From: Setoptus koraiensis
Lineage: Eukaryota; Animalia; Arthropoda
Length of the DNA stretch: 64,000 bases
Reading direction: 5' to 3'
Assembly: GCA_048013815.1 (NCBI GenBank)
Contig: CM106585.1
Span: 23,560,001 to 23,624,000, forward strand
Shown here: piece by piece, positions 37,150 through 50,600 of the stretch
How the letters are laid out: the number at the start of each line of letters is the position of its first letter
Position numbering within the stretch: the stretch's first letter is position 1
Notes under the pieces: model-generated
The model's database searches: none
Seen by the model: only the letters and a program-made list of their open reading frames with translations
What the model was told of the DNA's origin: nothing
Program-made: the position numbers and the translations under genes

Positions 37150-37629
37150 CTAATCCGCGGAGCCGCTTTCTTCGAAATTCAACCAACTCGCCTCTACAAT
37201 GGCAGAAACTCTTTTTTCATATTCTCGGCGATTCTCTTGATACAATTGTGCCGCCAGACTATTTGCAGGGCTATTAGGGTTAGGTTCATCTAATAGAGAT
37301 TGAATTGACGTCAATATAGCTGAAACGTCATAGGTAGGTGACCAACGATTTTGAAGTATGTCTAAACAGATGCTCCCATCAGCGTAGACATTGGGATGAA
37401 ACATTTTAGATACAAATCGTACTGTTGGTGGTTTGTTAGGATATTCTTCTGTGAACTCAAGCGTCAATTTAAATGTTCCATCCTCAAATGGTGTATCATG
37501 GGGTCCAAATATTACTGCGTTCCATATCATTATATTATTATCGGTGGGTGCGCCTGAAACTCCGGCTGGGGGATCCTCTTGAAGACGCTTGAAGTCTCTC
37601 ATCAAACGCCTCCTAGCTGGCGTAGACAT
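37150..37629 (-). CDS. UBE2A: Ubiquitin-conjugating enzyme E2 A/B (Rad6/Ubc6), 159 aa, intronless CDS
   Basis: [21 protein letters not shown]...[36 protein letters not shown]: the canonical Rad6 sequence with the catalytic Cys. Confidence 0.98.
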   Translation of the reverse strand: MSTPARRRLMRDFKRLQEDPPAGVSGAPTDNNIMIWNAVIFGPHDTPFEDGTFKLTLEFTEEYPNKPPTVRFVSKMFHPNVYADGSICLDILQNRWSPTYDVSAILTSIQSLLDEPNPNSPANSLAAQLYQENRREYEKRVSAIVEASWLNFEESGSAD

Positions 37630-37837
37630 TTGTGTAAGAGAATTGTTGCCCTAATATTCGTCAAAATGTATTTGCAGTAAAATAGTAGATATTATGAATT
37701 ATTGGCTGTCTGATGTATTTAATGTGATTATGTAGTCGAATTAAACTGGCCTAATGAGAAGATGTATGCGTGTGCATATATGAGTGTGTGTATGAGTGTG
37801 TAATGGATATGAGACTAAGTGAACTTAGTGGATTGTG

Positions 37838-37920
37838 TAATAATAATGATGGGAATAATAATAATAATAATGATAATAATAATAATGATAGTAATAATAA
37901 TATTAACAATAATAACAATG
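37838..37920. repeat. Imperfect (AAT)n microsatellite
   Basis: Direct reading of the sequence. Confidence 0.9.
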
Positions 37921-37929
37921 ATTGAGGTA

Positions 37930-38220
37930 AAGGGTGTTTCAATCAGAACCTGGATTTGAACTGATTATGCTACGCTGCCTTCCACAGTGCTTTATTTTTC
38001 GATATTTGTCGATGCATTCTGGAAGTTACAGCGTGCAGAAAGAGACTATGTGCAGCGCGAAATAATTAGTTGTGCCAAGCGAATGGGACTTTTCTCGACC
38101 TCAACACAGTCTATCTGATTTGTTGTGCCGAATTTCATTTGATCACCACTTCGGAAAGAATATGTGCTAGCGAGCAGCACAGTGTGTTTTATTGATCCAG
38201 GTTCTGATTGAAACACCCTT
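37930..38220. mobile_element. 291-bp non-autonomous Tc1/mariner-type MITE
   Basis: Perfect 26-bp TIRs AAGGGTGTTTCAATCAGAACCTGGAT (37930-37955) and ATCCAGGTTCTGATTGAAACACCCTT (38195-38220), flanked on both sides by TA (37928-37929, 38221-38222). No internal ORF. Confidence 0.9.
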
Positions 38221-40961
38221 TACAATCTACCAAGACGATTTAGAGTAAAACAACAAAAAATTCTCTGTTTATCTGTATGTCTGTGTTTTTTCTCTCTTCT
38301 CTTCTATTTCTCTCAACAATGTTTTCGTGTACGTTCGTATATGCGATGATGCTGGTATTCTCACAACACAATTACTGTAACACATAATAAAAAGTTACTA
38401 TAGTGGAAAGAGTTGGCTTCGAGCAGTCATGTTCTTACATCAACTAGCAATCTAGTCATTCTAGAATAGAGGGCGCACATTACGAAATCATCACCTAGAG
38501 AAGCGCAGTCTCTCGGTGTCTTGGCAAACCATTTCTCGTCAGAACAAAATAAAACTCAGTTACAATGTTACTGCACTATAAAGCATAAGTAAAATTGATT
38601 TGCAAACAAAACAAGAAATTCATGAACTATCCATAAAAGTACATCCAGGCGTAAACTTGTAAATACTTCTCTAGCCCATTCTCTAAACTGTGAAAGTCTA
38701 CGCATAACAGACGCACAATCACACGGTATTGTAAACGTAAAAATGTACGTTTAGACCGATTCACGCCTGAATTTACCATTCGATCGAAATGTCTTTATTT
38801 ATGTTGTGGATACTTAAGCACACTCACACGCATATGAATCATGTACCTACCTATCACCATTATCCATGTATTGTAATTATTTCATTTAGCTACACCATCA
38901 ATTCACCTTGACTGACATGAAACTATCTACAACCCCAACAACTAAAACGGCAACTCTACCAACAACTAAAACAAACTGTTATACGACTACTATAGACGAC
39001 TTCTTGCAACATGTTTACGTACATGATGAGTATGTTCACTGCCTTGCCAAGTTATCCTACCTTATTGACTCATCAATTGGTCTAGTCGATTGACTGCCAA
39101 AGTATTAGAGGCATTGTATTCTATAACAAGAGATTGGTCAGATCAGCTTTAGAGTGTAAGGGTTTCATCTTCAAGTTAGGCTCAAATAATTGAATCTAAC
39201 TTTCAAATATCTGTCCATCTCTGGTGGTTGCATCATGTCTGACTCTTATTGTTGCTGCGATCATCTGAGAACAAAATATTCTCATCACATGCACTTCGAT
39301 GTCATCATTTCAGCCGATGTAACACAAATGTACCAAACCTATTAGCCCAAATAATTGTGGGTGAGCATTGGCCAACATACGACTAGATCAAAGATCATCA
39401 TCATCGTATTCGGTCAACAACACGACACAACAGGGAAAACAAATTTGATATATTGTTGTAACATCATCACTGATCAAATAAGATCAACAACAAGTATCTA
39501 ATTGTTAAGAACGCAGGTGAAAGGATAAGATCGTTAAGACGACCTGTTTGTGAGTAAAATAAAGGGCTTGTGTCGAATGCTGACTGACCCATTCTCCCCT
39601 GGTGGCAATATTTTTGAAACACATTTTTGTGTTTACTTGCTGTACAAAGGGGGGCAGAGGATGTTGCCGTCTCTCTTATTGGCCATGTTGTCTTTTCGTT
39701 TTTCGCCCAAAAGTTAGTCGCACAACCTATGTGCATACTTTTCTTCTTTTGGCTTTTCAAAATTGGCGCTTATATATCGGGTAGAACAAAACGTGAGCCT
39801 TGTAATATAGAATGAAGTTTGCGGAAACAGACGCTCTCTTTTTGTACAGGGTGTCAGCATTTGACGAATGAGCGAGCTTTGAGCTCCTCAGCGCCGCACA
39901 GTAGTAAGCTCTCTATCTAACGCTCAGCTATGTATGCGCGCAATGTATACAGTCGCCACGTTAGTATAGATGGACTCGAGTTTTGAGTGAATCTCACTCT
40001 GAACATTACCAACAGGGTGTTGCAAAGTACTATCAGATATACGGTGTTTAGTTGTGAGTGTTTACAATACACTGTTGGTGCTTTTTGATTGCGCACTTTC
40101 AATGCGCTGGCATCCGACTGACAATATAAAGTGCCACTAGCTAGCGAAAGGTGCTGAAATAGAATCGACGCCTAGCGGACACAATCGGCATGAGATTTGG
40201 TGAATACATGTAAGCGTCATCCACCGAAGAGTAGCACTAACTTTGTTGTGTGCCTGCGCGGGCAATAGTTGGGCGCGCTCATTGTGCGCTTGTACAGAAA
40301 ATATGTTCTATCCTTCTTTTCGTTCTATGCGCACAATTTCAGAAGTGCTCTCACACTGTACTCTACTGCACTAGTACAGCCAGATGCAATACATCTATCT
40401 CCATGCAGCCTTCTCGTTTGTTTGTGTGTGCGTCTATCTATTCTTGTGTGTGAGTGTCTGCTTCTGATTATGTTTAGTTCTGTGCAGGCGGTATAGCGAT
40501 ACCATTATTATTGTCTTGCGCTAGTGTGTGTGTGTGTGTGTGTGTGTGCCGCACGAGAATGCACAAAAATAAACTTTATAATGCACAGTTTTGGATTGCC
40601 ATTGTAAATTGCATAGAAGTTGTACTCACTGTAATATATTTGGCACAGGCATAATTTCAAATCTATAATATAGACGACACAATTTTGTGTGTCGCACATA
40701 TCCTACACATAGAGATTTAATATGTAATGATCCAGTTGAACAATACAACACATTTGCCTCTAATACCGACGATTATATTGATCGGCAGATCGCTAGCGAC
40801 CGACTTCGATATAATTTGATCTATTATTAATTTAATTACAATACACACAATTGATATTATTATTATCAATACAATATTATTATCACTATTATCACAGTCA
40901 TAAGGCCGCCTCTATTATTGAGAGATCAAAAAATCTAATTGAAACAAAAATTAGGACAAAA

Positions 40962-43166
40962 ATGGAGCCCAAAGGAGTTTGGTCCAATCCACGCTTCATG
41001 CATGCCACATCATCTATTGTGGGGTGTCTTGTTCATGTTCAAGACACTGGTGGCAAAGTATGGGAGGGCGTTCTCAGTACATTTAGTCCGGAATTTACTG
41101 TCTGTCTTGATATGGCTATTCACATCAATCCTCAAATGATTGGTAAACAATCGTTTGGGCAAAATATTGGCTGCTTATATGATTCTGTGTACAACAATAA
41201 GGGCCAAGTTAAACAGCAGCAATTATTTGAGCTGAAAAATATTGTCAGGATTAGTGTTCTTGATACAGATCTCAGCTATGCAACAAGAGACACAAGCCAG
41301 GTGGCAACGGATGCTGAAATTAGCGGCTATGACTCATCCAAGCTAGGACCAGAAGGGCGTAAGCTTGAGAGCTGGGCAGATGATGATGACAGCACTAACG
41401 AAAACTTACAACTTGGTTCATTGGAAGAAACAAGTAAATTGGGCAACCAAAATGGAGGATGGAGTGCTATGGAAATGTTTCGCTATAACGAAGAAAAGCA
41501 CAATGTCGCATCAACATATGATGTCAACATGACCGCTTATACAGTGCCTGTGCCTCAACACAATACTCCGGCTTGGCGCGAGAAACAGAAAGAGGCCTCT
41601 ATTATAGCTAAAGAAATTGAAAGCAATACTAAATCACAAGATCGATACGCAAAAGAGGACGGCGATGAAGAGGACAAATATAGTGCGGTTCAGAGGCCCG
41701 TCGCAGTCATCGCCCCACATCATCAGCAGTTGAAACATCAAAAACAACCGCAACAACAGCAACAACAACAACAACATCATCAACAGCCGCAGCACCAACA
41801 ACAGCATCATCAACAGCAGCACCAACAATCACCACAACAGCACCAACAATCGCCACAACAGCACCAACAATCGTCACACCAGCACCAACAATCACCGCAG
41901 CAGCAGAGCCAAGCACAACAACAGCAGAGCCAACAACAGCAAAACCAACACCAACACCCACCACAACATCCACAACAATCGCAGAACCAACATCAACAAC
42001 AGCAACAACAGAATCAGCATCAGCACCCGCATCCACAGCATTTTCAACGCCGACTCCCATTCAAATCACGACGCGAAGAAAGTCACCATCAACTAAACCA
42101 GAGGTTTGTTGATAGAAAGCCGCCCATTAAACGCCGAGAAGACAATTTTGAGTCGTTGAGGAACTTTAGTAGAGAATTAAATTTGGCAAAATCACCTGCA
42201 ATATCGACCCCGGTGTCAACAAGCGCAACTTCAGCAGTTACGACCACTAAAGTAACTACTTCAGTCGCTACCCAACTATCCTCATCCACAGTATCTACAG
42301 GATCTAGTTTAACTACGCAAGCCGCTGTACCAACTACTACAACCTCCTCAACCACTGCCGTTTCGACCACAACTATTACTCCCAAGGTTTCTACCACAAA
42401 TGTTGCATCTACAGTCACTTCAACAACTGTAACCGCTACAGCAACAGTGTCCACCTCTGACACATCTCCCTCAACAGTCAGTACTTCCACCCAGGCAACA
42501 CCTACTTCTTCATCGAGCGCGGCGGCGCCTGAACGTGAACAACCAAAAGATCCTCAGACAGAGCTCGCTAAGAAAGGGTTGAACCCCAATGCTAAGGAGT
42601 TTGTATACAAGCCTAGATCTCCAATGACGACGAACGTTGTTCATGTACCAATGACATCTCATGATCAATCGGTGCACAATCCTAATCACAGTCAAATAGT
42701 TCTTGGAAATGGGGCAATGGATCCGTCACAAGCTAGTCCTATGCAACAAGCTCACCACTCTTACCAAAGGATGAACATGGTGACTAGCCTCCCTCATCAA
42801 CAGCATCATCACACGCCATTTATGCCAAACCATATGCCTGCTCATTTCCCAGGTGGCATCTACGTGCCAGCGCCAATGCCAACGCCTATGCCAGCGCCCA
42901 TGCCTCACTTCGCACAACAAATACCTCAAGCGAGGTTCGTGCGAGGTAGTCCAGGTAGTTATCATCACCAAGATCATCAGAATCACGCCACTGTTAGGGG
43001 AGACTATTCACAGTCACAAGTTGCTGCTGCGACTGGGCAACCTTTTGTTGCTGGTCATCCACATCATATGGGACCATATGCGCCCTCACCTCAGTCGGCC
43101 CTGGTTTATAGTGGCCCGCAGTATATGTGGAGCTTTCTGGATCCACAAATTTCGAGTTTTGAATGA
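40962..43166 (+). CDS. ATXN2: Ataxin-2, ~734 aa, intronless from the first in-frame ATG
   Basis: LSm domain (NPRFMHATSSIVGCLVHVQ..GKVWEGVLSTFSP), LsmAD (GWSAMEMFRYNEEKHNVASTYD..AYT..EIE..EEDKYSAVQR), a Q/H/P tract, a T/S tract, PAM2 (KGLNPNAKEFV, ~42570-42606) and a His/Pro/Met-rich tail. A short upstream exon ending at 40209 and spliced to 40898 could extend the N-terminus. Confidence 0.93.
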   Translation: MEPKGVWSNPRFMHATSSIVGCLVHVQDTGGKVWEGVLSTFSPEFTVCLDMAIHINPQMIGKQSFGQNIGCLYDSVYNNKGQVKQQQLFELKNIVRISVLDTDLSYATRDTSQVATDAEISGYDSSKLGPEGRKLESWADDDDSTNENLQLGSLEETSKLGNQNGGWSAMEMFRYNEEKHNVASTYDVNMTAYTVPVPQHNTPAWREKQKEASIIAKEIESNTKSQDRYAKEDGDEEDKYSAVQRPVAVIAPHHQQLKHQKQPQQQQQQQQHHQQPQHQQQHHQQQHQQSPQQHQQSPQQHQQSSHQHQQSPQQQSQAQQQQSQQQQNQHQHPPQHPQQSQNQHQQQQQQNQHQHPHPQHFQRRLPFKSRREESHHQLNQRFVDRKPPIKRREDNFESLRNFSRELNLAKSPAISTPVSTSATSAVTTTKVTTSVATQLSSSTVSTGSSLTTQAAVPTTTTSSTTAVSTTTITPKVSTTNVASTVTSTTVTATATVSTSDTSPSTVSTSTQATPTSSSSAAAPEREQPKDPQTELAKKGLNPNAKEFVYKPRSPMTTNVVHVPMTSHDQSVHNPNHSQIVLGNGAMDPSQASPMQQAHHSYQRMNMVTSLPHQQHHHTPFMPNHMPAHFPGGIYVPAPMPTPMPAPMPHFAQQIPQARFVRGSPGSYHHQDHQNHATVRGDYSQSQVAAATGQPFVAGHPHHMGPYAPSPQSALVYSGPQYMWSFLDPQISSFE

Positions 43167-43438
43167 TAGAGTTGTCGATGGTTTCAATTTCAATAAAAGA
43201 ACTTCAAAACAACAATTATCCTAGCAATCAATTCAAATTCTAGTATCCAGCTAGATTGTACAATATTTAATGTATAGTATATACTTGACAACAGCACAAG
43301 TAAAGCTCGGTTTTCCTGTTGGCTGCGTCAAAGTATCTTAGGTTTTCTGACATTCTTTAGACTATCACTGCTCAACTTGTTCTTGATCTATCATGTAATC
43401 GATTATTGGTTAATGGTCGATATTACATAGCTTAGCAT

Positions 43439-43441
<3 letters not shown>

Positions 43442-43526
<85 letters not shown>
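43442..43526. repeat. (GA)~42 microsatellite
   Basis: Uninterrupted run. Confidence 0.97.
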
Positions 43527-43528
<2 letters not shown>

Positions 43529-46190
43529 TTATGTTTGTTTCTCATTAGATCACAAGTCACGATCAAATGATGAAAAAATAATTTAGAAGAAAAAAATCTA
43601 GGATATAGAAATTCAAGTACACTGGCATAATAATGAATTCATGGAAACAGAAAATGGTTAAACAAAAAGAACACTATTGCATCCGTCTAATTCTACATCC
43701 AGTTGTTCTAATGGACATAGATAATCTCAAAGGATATGGTTGTTATGAAAGATTTTTCAAGACGGAGTACTATCGGAATAACAACGAAATACTTCCATTA
43801 AAGTTGTTATCAGCGGTAGCTAATCCAAAATGAATGTATATAGTGAAGCTACAGGGGGGAAAGCAAGAGAGATAGAGAAAGAGAGACAGGCTTGTGTGAA
43901 CTAATAACAATAACTGTCTTCCACCTTGACTAATATAACAGCAGGTAAAGTTAACATTGAAACTAACATGGAATCAAGGGAACTCATGGGCTGTCTTTGG
44001 AAGTTAGATAAATGTACCTAACTATTTCTAAGCTAGTTTTTACTAGCTAGTATACCAGTTTATTTGTCAATGCAATGGCAAAGACCCGGAAGTTGCGTAT
44101 CTTACACAATTGAAGGCGCGCGCTTGTAATACTGTATGAGATGGCGAGAGAAAGAAGTGAAACTGAAAGCAAAAGAACAATCAAGTTTGAAGAGCAAACG
44201 ATCAATCGAGATTATATCATCTAGTTAGAGTAAGCTATTGTCAGTCGTAGTAGTAGTGATAGTGCTAGGACTAACTACGTGAGTATAGAGTAGAAGGCGA
44301 TCCGAGTTTAACAACGTGAGCGACTTGACGTTAGTTTATATGGTGCACTTGTTGTGCAGAAACTTGAACATGTGTAATTACTCGAGCGATATTGAAAAGT
44401 AGTGAAACTTTTAGTTTAGCTTGCTTGATCTATCGAATATAAGTGAATTAGAATGGCAAGTGAAAGGAGAGGAAGTAGTTAGCAATGGCTGTGGCTAACG
44501 TGAGATGTGGTAAAGAAGGAAGGACTGTTGCTGTTGTCGGTTATGGCTGTTGTAGGGTTAGCTACTCAATTCTTTATTCTTTAGCAATAATAGTTGTTGT
44601 TGTTGTTGCTGTTGTTGATGTTGAATGAACATCATCATAAAGAGCAAGATAGACGGCAGTAGCCTGTCTTCAGTAGTAAAGTAACACTATACGATATAAA
44701 GAATAAGGGGAAGTGGAAGTGAGCCAGCTTTGGTAGTAGTCACTATTATGATACTAACTGTTACTAGGACCAGATTGGATATACATTCGCACAATGCAAC
44801 AAGTGTTAGCCAATGCACTGGTTATTATACTGACCTATTTAAGTATAACTGTTGGTGCTGTCGTTGTAACTGATGGCGTCGATGTTGTTAGTAGTGGTGG
44901 TTGTTTTTGTTGACTGTCGCACACAGCAGAGCAAAGTGAGCTTAAATTGTGAATTAAGTTCGACTCAAAAGTGAAAGTAACAAAATCTCTCTCTAAGCAA
45001 AGTCTCACTTTGTAAGTCCACCTGAGCAAGTCTATGTGGATCCGCTCGTCATTGCCGATGATGAAATAATCAACGTTCAGCTGGTTGCATATCTAGTTTG
45101 TTGTTGTTGTTGTTTGATGATCTATTCAGCTTTCTATCTACCTGTTTGTTGTGTCTTGTCCGTTTTCAGCAAAAGTAACGGCAACTGCAACTGCAACGGC
45201 AACTGCAACGGCATTACTAACGTAACACAACGACTAGTATTGGTAACTGTATGCCAACAGCATGGCGAGAATGTCAGAAAGTTGAGGTTATAACAGGTTG
45301 CTCATTGTATAGTTGGTTGATTATACAACACACACACACACAAATTTTCAATCTTGGTTATCTCTTCTTCCTAACTACCAGCGAGCCAGATATCTGCACA
45401 GACCCAACAACAACTGTGTGTGTAGAAAGAAAAGAAAAACGAGTGAGCCACTTGTTCTCCCTTTCCTTTTCGAATTTCTCAGCTGTTTAGTGAAAGTAGG
45501 AGTAGCAGTAGTGTTACTTGTCGTTTTGTTGTACGCCCAACGGATCTAAGCAAGTGTGACTGTTAACAACTATCGCTCTCCCTTCTTGTAGTAGAGTTAA
45601 CAACAACAATGGCAAAAGGAACGGATGAAGCCATGAAAAATTTTGAAGACCAAAGCAAGAAAGATTAAACCCATTGATGATGGAGTTGATGTTGTTAGCC
45701 GGCCAAAAAACAGATAGACGGCACTAAGTTGTTGTGCAATAATGCTTTGGTTGCTGTCAGTTATGTTAGTTATCACCACTGTCACTACTACCACCACCAA
45801 GTTGACTCAGTCGTGGATAGAGAGTGAGTGTGGTGCTGTTGGCCAATCAATGTAGCCGGCCAATCATCATTCATTTTAATTGTAAACGAACAAGTATTGA
45901 AAGAGCGAGAGAGTAAGAGAGGAACAACAAGGCTCGCATAGTAGGAAACGCCAGTCAAAGTGAACGGAGAGAATTATCGGACAGCAACAACAACGTTTTA
46001 GTTGTTATACTAGTAGTAGTAGTAGTAGAGGCAGTTTCACCCCTTCTTGCCATTCTAAATTGTTGGACTTGAAGGTAGATCGAAAATGAAAATGTGTAGT
46101 AGCGCCAGTCTGTAATAGAAAGTAGCATCATGATCTTCATCACAGTTGTCGTAATGAATGGGACATCTATCGGTATTTGAGTGCGAATAT

Positions 46191-46226
<36 letters not shown>

Positions 46227-46817
46227 TTTGGTGTGTGTGTCCGTGTGTGTGTATGTGCGTGTGTGTATGTGTTAGTAGGAATCAGATAAATGATATAATC
46301 AATATGGTTTATGTATATGACGAATGTAATTGACTGTATTAATATTTGGTATCAGAGTTAGCGAGCTAGCAAAAGTGGAATATAGAGCAGTATTATTATT
46401 ATAATTTATAGTACAATATGTCACACAGAACTGACAAACACACACAAACTGACAAACACAAACACAAGGTATCAGCAATGACAAAAACAACAACAACAGC
46501 ACCAACAACCAGCGACCAACAATTTCGACAAGGATGCACCGTTGTTTCTAATCAGGCAGCACTTTCACCACTTGTTGCGTCGCCAGTTTCGACTTAGCTA
46601 GTCTGGATAGCTCTAGTTTTCCCCCTAGTTAATAATGACAAGTGAGAATAAAAAAACACTTTTGTTATATACATTGAGTAATGTGAAGTAACAAGCTCAA
46701 GAGCAACAACCAGCTATGCACATGCAACCTATAATACATTATTGTTGATGGTACATTATATTGATCAACAGCATTTAGGAGAAAGCAAATCAAACAAATT
46801 TATTTCAATATGATCAC

Positions 46818-46920
<103 letters not shown>

Positions 46921-47651
46921 ATACACACAGACATACATAATAATAATACATAACTTATCAACATCGTCATTAGTGGTGTATCTCCGACAGTTGAGCATAG
47001 ATGCGAAAGGCAGTATCAGTAGTATTGGTTTTCTATGAAACATGAATATTATGACGGCTTTTATTGATGACCGTGCCTCAATTGAAACTTTTGTATCTTT
47101 AGAGTTGGTCTGCAAACATGATAATCAAGGCAAAGAGCGGCGAAATGTTTGGCCCACAAAATGAATCAGCAACAGCTTTCAGTGGATATTGCAAGCGATC
47201 ATTAGACGACAAACAGAATCCAAATGAATTTGGTGATTATCAAAAGTATACATGTTTGTACACATAGACGCACACACAACAATCAATCAAATTGTCGCAT
47301 TAGAAGAGTCTTCATCACCAATAGCAACACATAAAATAATCAACAACATATTTAAAATCGATCGATCAGTGATGAATCGTTATGGTACAACCATTGAGAA
47401 GAAACTCAAGAGAATTGTATGTGACAGTCAAGACAATGTTGTCCAATTAATCTATTTAACAAAAGATTAATCAAACATTAATATTTAATATAGGCCTAAA
47501 TCACCAGAACATTCAAGAAGGGCAAACAAACAAGACAACTGGGCTACAATTAAGCGCCCAAAAGCAACAATAGTTTTAGCTAACTAAATCGAATGCCGAA
47601 ACAAATAACTTAAGATATGATACACAATACAAAAACATAAAGAACGACGAT

Positions 47652-50600
47652 ATGTCAAGCAGTAAATTTATCCAGCAGCTAGATAATAGCGCCAACAACA
47701 ACAACTGTCCAAGTGGTGACCATATACACCAGCAGCAAACTATGTCCAGTTTGGGAACAAGTCATAATTATGATCAATCATCAGCGAATTCAAACAACTT
47801 CTCATCTCATCAGTCTGCCCCAATTCAAGCCAATAGTTCAAGCCATCAGACGCAAAGCAAAGTATCAACTAGTAGTACAGCCTCTATATTATGCAAGGTC
47901 TGCGGTGACAAAGCCAGCGGCTATCATTATGGTGTCACATCGTGCGAAGGTTGCAAGGGTTTCTTCAGGCGCTCTATACAGAAACAGATTGAATACAGAT
48001 GCCTGCGAGAGGGTAAATGTCACGTTATACGCTTAAATCGCAACAGGTGTCAATTTTGTCGATTCATGAAATGTTTGGCTGTTGGAATGTCCAAAGATTG
48101 TAAGTACTATCACCGAAATAGGCGTAAGTGTTTCTAATATAAATTATATTTACAAAACCTCAATCTCAACAAAATCCTATGTTACTCAATGCATCTATGG
48201 CTATCCTCATGATTGATAATTGATTATGCTCCTAGTGATGGAACTATGGTGATACTGGTGTCTCGTGTAGTGTCCCCATAATACTTAATTTTTGTCCTAC
48301 TGTTTCTCACTCACATGCTTTCTACGAACTACCTCTACTACTATTGAATATTAATCCTTTTCCAATGAACTACTCAATTAATATACTATACTACATTCAT
48401 ATGTACACTCCTAAAATATATCATCATTCTTATATGTAAAAAACCTTTAAAATAATACACTTTTGATCGTGTGTTTCATTCACAAACCATCAAACACCAA
48501 CACTTTTCCTCAACTTGGAAATTTTCGAAACCCGCGCGCGCGCGAGCGCGCATTCGAACAATCAACTTTTTTATTTATTCGATAATATTATGGTCGACAA
48601 ACATTTGTTGCAACATTGTTACCATCATTCTTACATTATTGTTACTATTATTATTGCATGCATATATGGAACTATGGATTGGATTATTATGTGTACAATT
48701 AATATGCAATGATAACTCGGAATCATGAATATTTATGTCGCTGCTTATCTAACATGTCAACACAATGTGTCGGAAATTACGGAATAATTGATTGAATTGA
48801 AGCCGTGAGATATGGACGAGTTCCAAAGCGACAACAGCGAGACAAGTCGCTGTCTAATAGACCAACAGCAGGATCGAATTCGTCAGAGATGTCTTCTTCG
48901 GCGCTAGTTGTGCCACCAACAATTTTATCTCAAACAACTACCATCCTAAACAACTCAATCTCGAATGGGAACCCAGTGAAAACAACAGGAGCGCGCAGTA
49001 ACAACAACAATAATCATTTGTTGAATTTGCAGACTCATCATCAGCAGAATGGAGCCAATATTGATTCTAGAACTAATCCAGCGTCCATCGTTGGTAACAC
49101 CGGCACTGTTGCTTTTACTTCTTCAGTTGGAAATGTGCCCTTCAACAATACTAACCAAAGAAGACTTGGAGGTAGTGGCCATATCCAAGATTCAACAGTT
49201 GGCACCCAACATGAAACCGTGATTGATATTAGAGGTGATAGTTATCATAATTCTTCGACCCATCACAATAATAATAAAAGACTAATCACTAACGTTAACA
49301 ATGGTGTTCTTGATGTCAATGCACGCCAACAACAACAACCATCTAATAACAATAGTAATACTCATCAGCAGCATTTGATTAATACTCAACACCAAGGTTA
49401 CGTACCAACACAAACTAATCATGTTAGTATTGGTGATAGTCACATTATGAACAATACCAACAATAACAACAATCAAAGCAATCAACCGATTGTAGTGAAT
49501 CCTATGCCGTTATCTACGGTGTCAGTTTCTGGTATTAATACAATGAATTGTAACAGTCAAAATAATTTAGTCATGACGTCTAATTCATGGCAGCTTAATT
49601 CTAATACAACTAATGCAACTCATCAGCAAAGGATAATTAACTCGAATCAAATTAGTGGAGAGGATGATTGTCAATATCAATCTATGAGTAGAAAACATCA
49701 ACAACATTATGCTGGTACAGTAGCTGACAATCCAGCCAGTAGTGCAAGCTATCTTCAAGTGGGGAGAGCGCTACCAGCTGGATCCATAACCCAGAGAGTC
49801 TCGTCAAATCATATTCAGTCACACACCTATGGAGGCATGAGCCAGCAGCACATAGATAAAACTATCAATCAACAAGTGATGGACCATCAACACTACAACA
49901 CGGAACACATTGAAGGAAACATCGATCGGGTGCAAACTACTTTCAGTCATGAACGACAAGCACCTATGGACTACCCGAAACAAACCAACACTAGCACTAA
50001 ATATTTGAATAACAACGACAACATAACAGCGTCGAGATGCTTACCTATCAAGCAAGATTCTAGATTGATAAATCAAACTATTTACGAAAATGGCCAGATG
50101 CAACAATATTATAATCAAAATGTCAACAATCATAACATTGCTCCATCATTGGAACCGTCGTACCGTGGACCATACATTGATACTAATTTGGATAACGAGG
50201 ACAGAGATTATCACATGAATTACGAGCAAAATCGGGCTGCCTCAACAGACCCTTACCTAGTGAATCCAACTCATCCTAATTTATTAGTAAAAAACCATGA
50301 TGGTGGTAGTATGGCAACAAAAGTAACTCATAATCACAGCTATGAAGCATTCAAGAATAACCAAAACTTTTCAAGCATTTCGACATCTTTCGTTGATAGC
50401 AGCAGTAATGGGAGCCATCCCATCAACGGATCACCGATGTCCGCACAGCATTCTGTATATATTCAGACTGCAAATTCGTCAGTTGGTCCGTCGAGTCAAT
50501 ATGATCATTTTGGTAATGTTCTTCTAGCTCCCCAGCCAGCAAAATCAGTCGAAACATATCATGATCACCAAATAGTTTCACAGGGTAACCTAAATCCCAC

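Noticed and set aside
39845-39856. TACAGGGTGTC resembles a Tc1/mariner TIR start
   Set aside because: No matching inverted copy was found in the window.
40851-40961. ORF-track N-terminal extension of ataxin-2 (MILLLSIQYYY...)
   Set aside because: It starts at TTG and reads through an intron-like AT-rich tract that ends in a CACAG acceptor at 40897.
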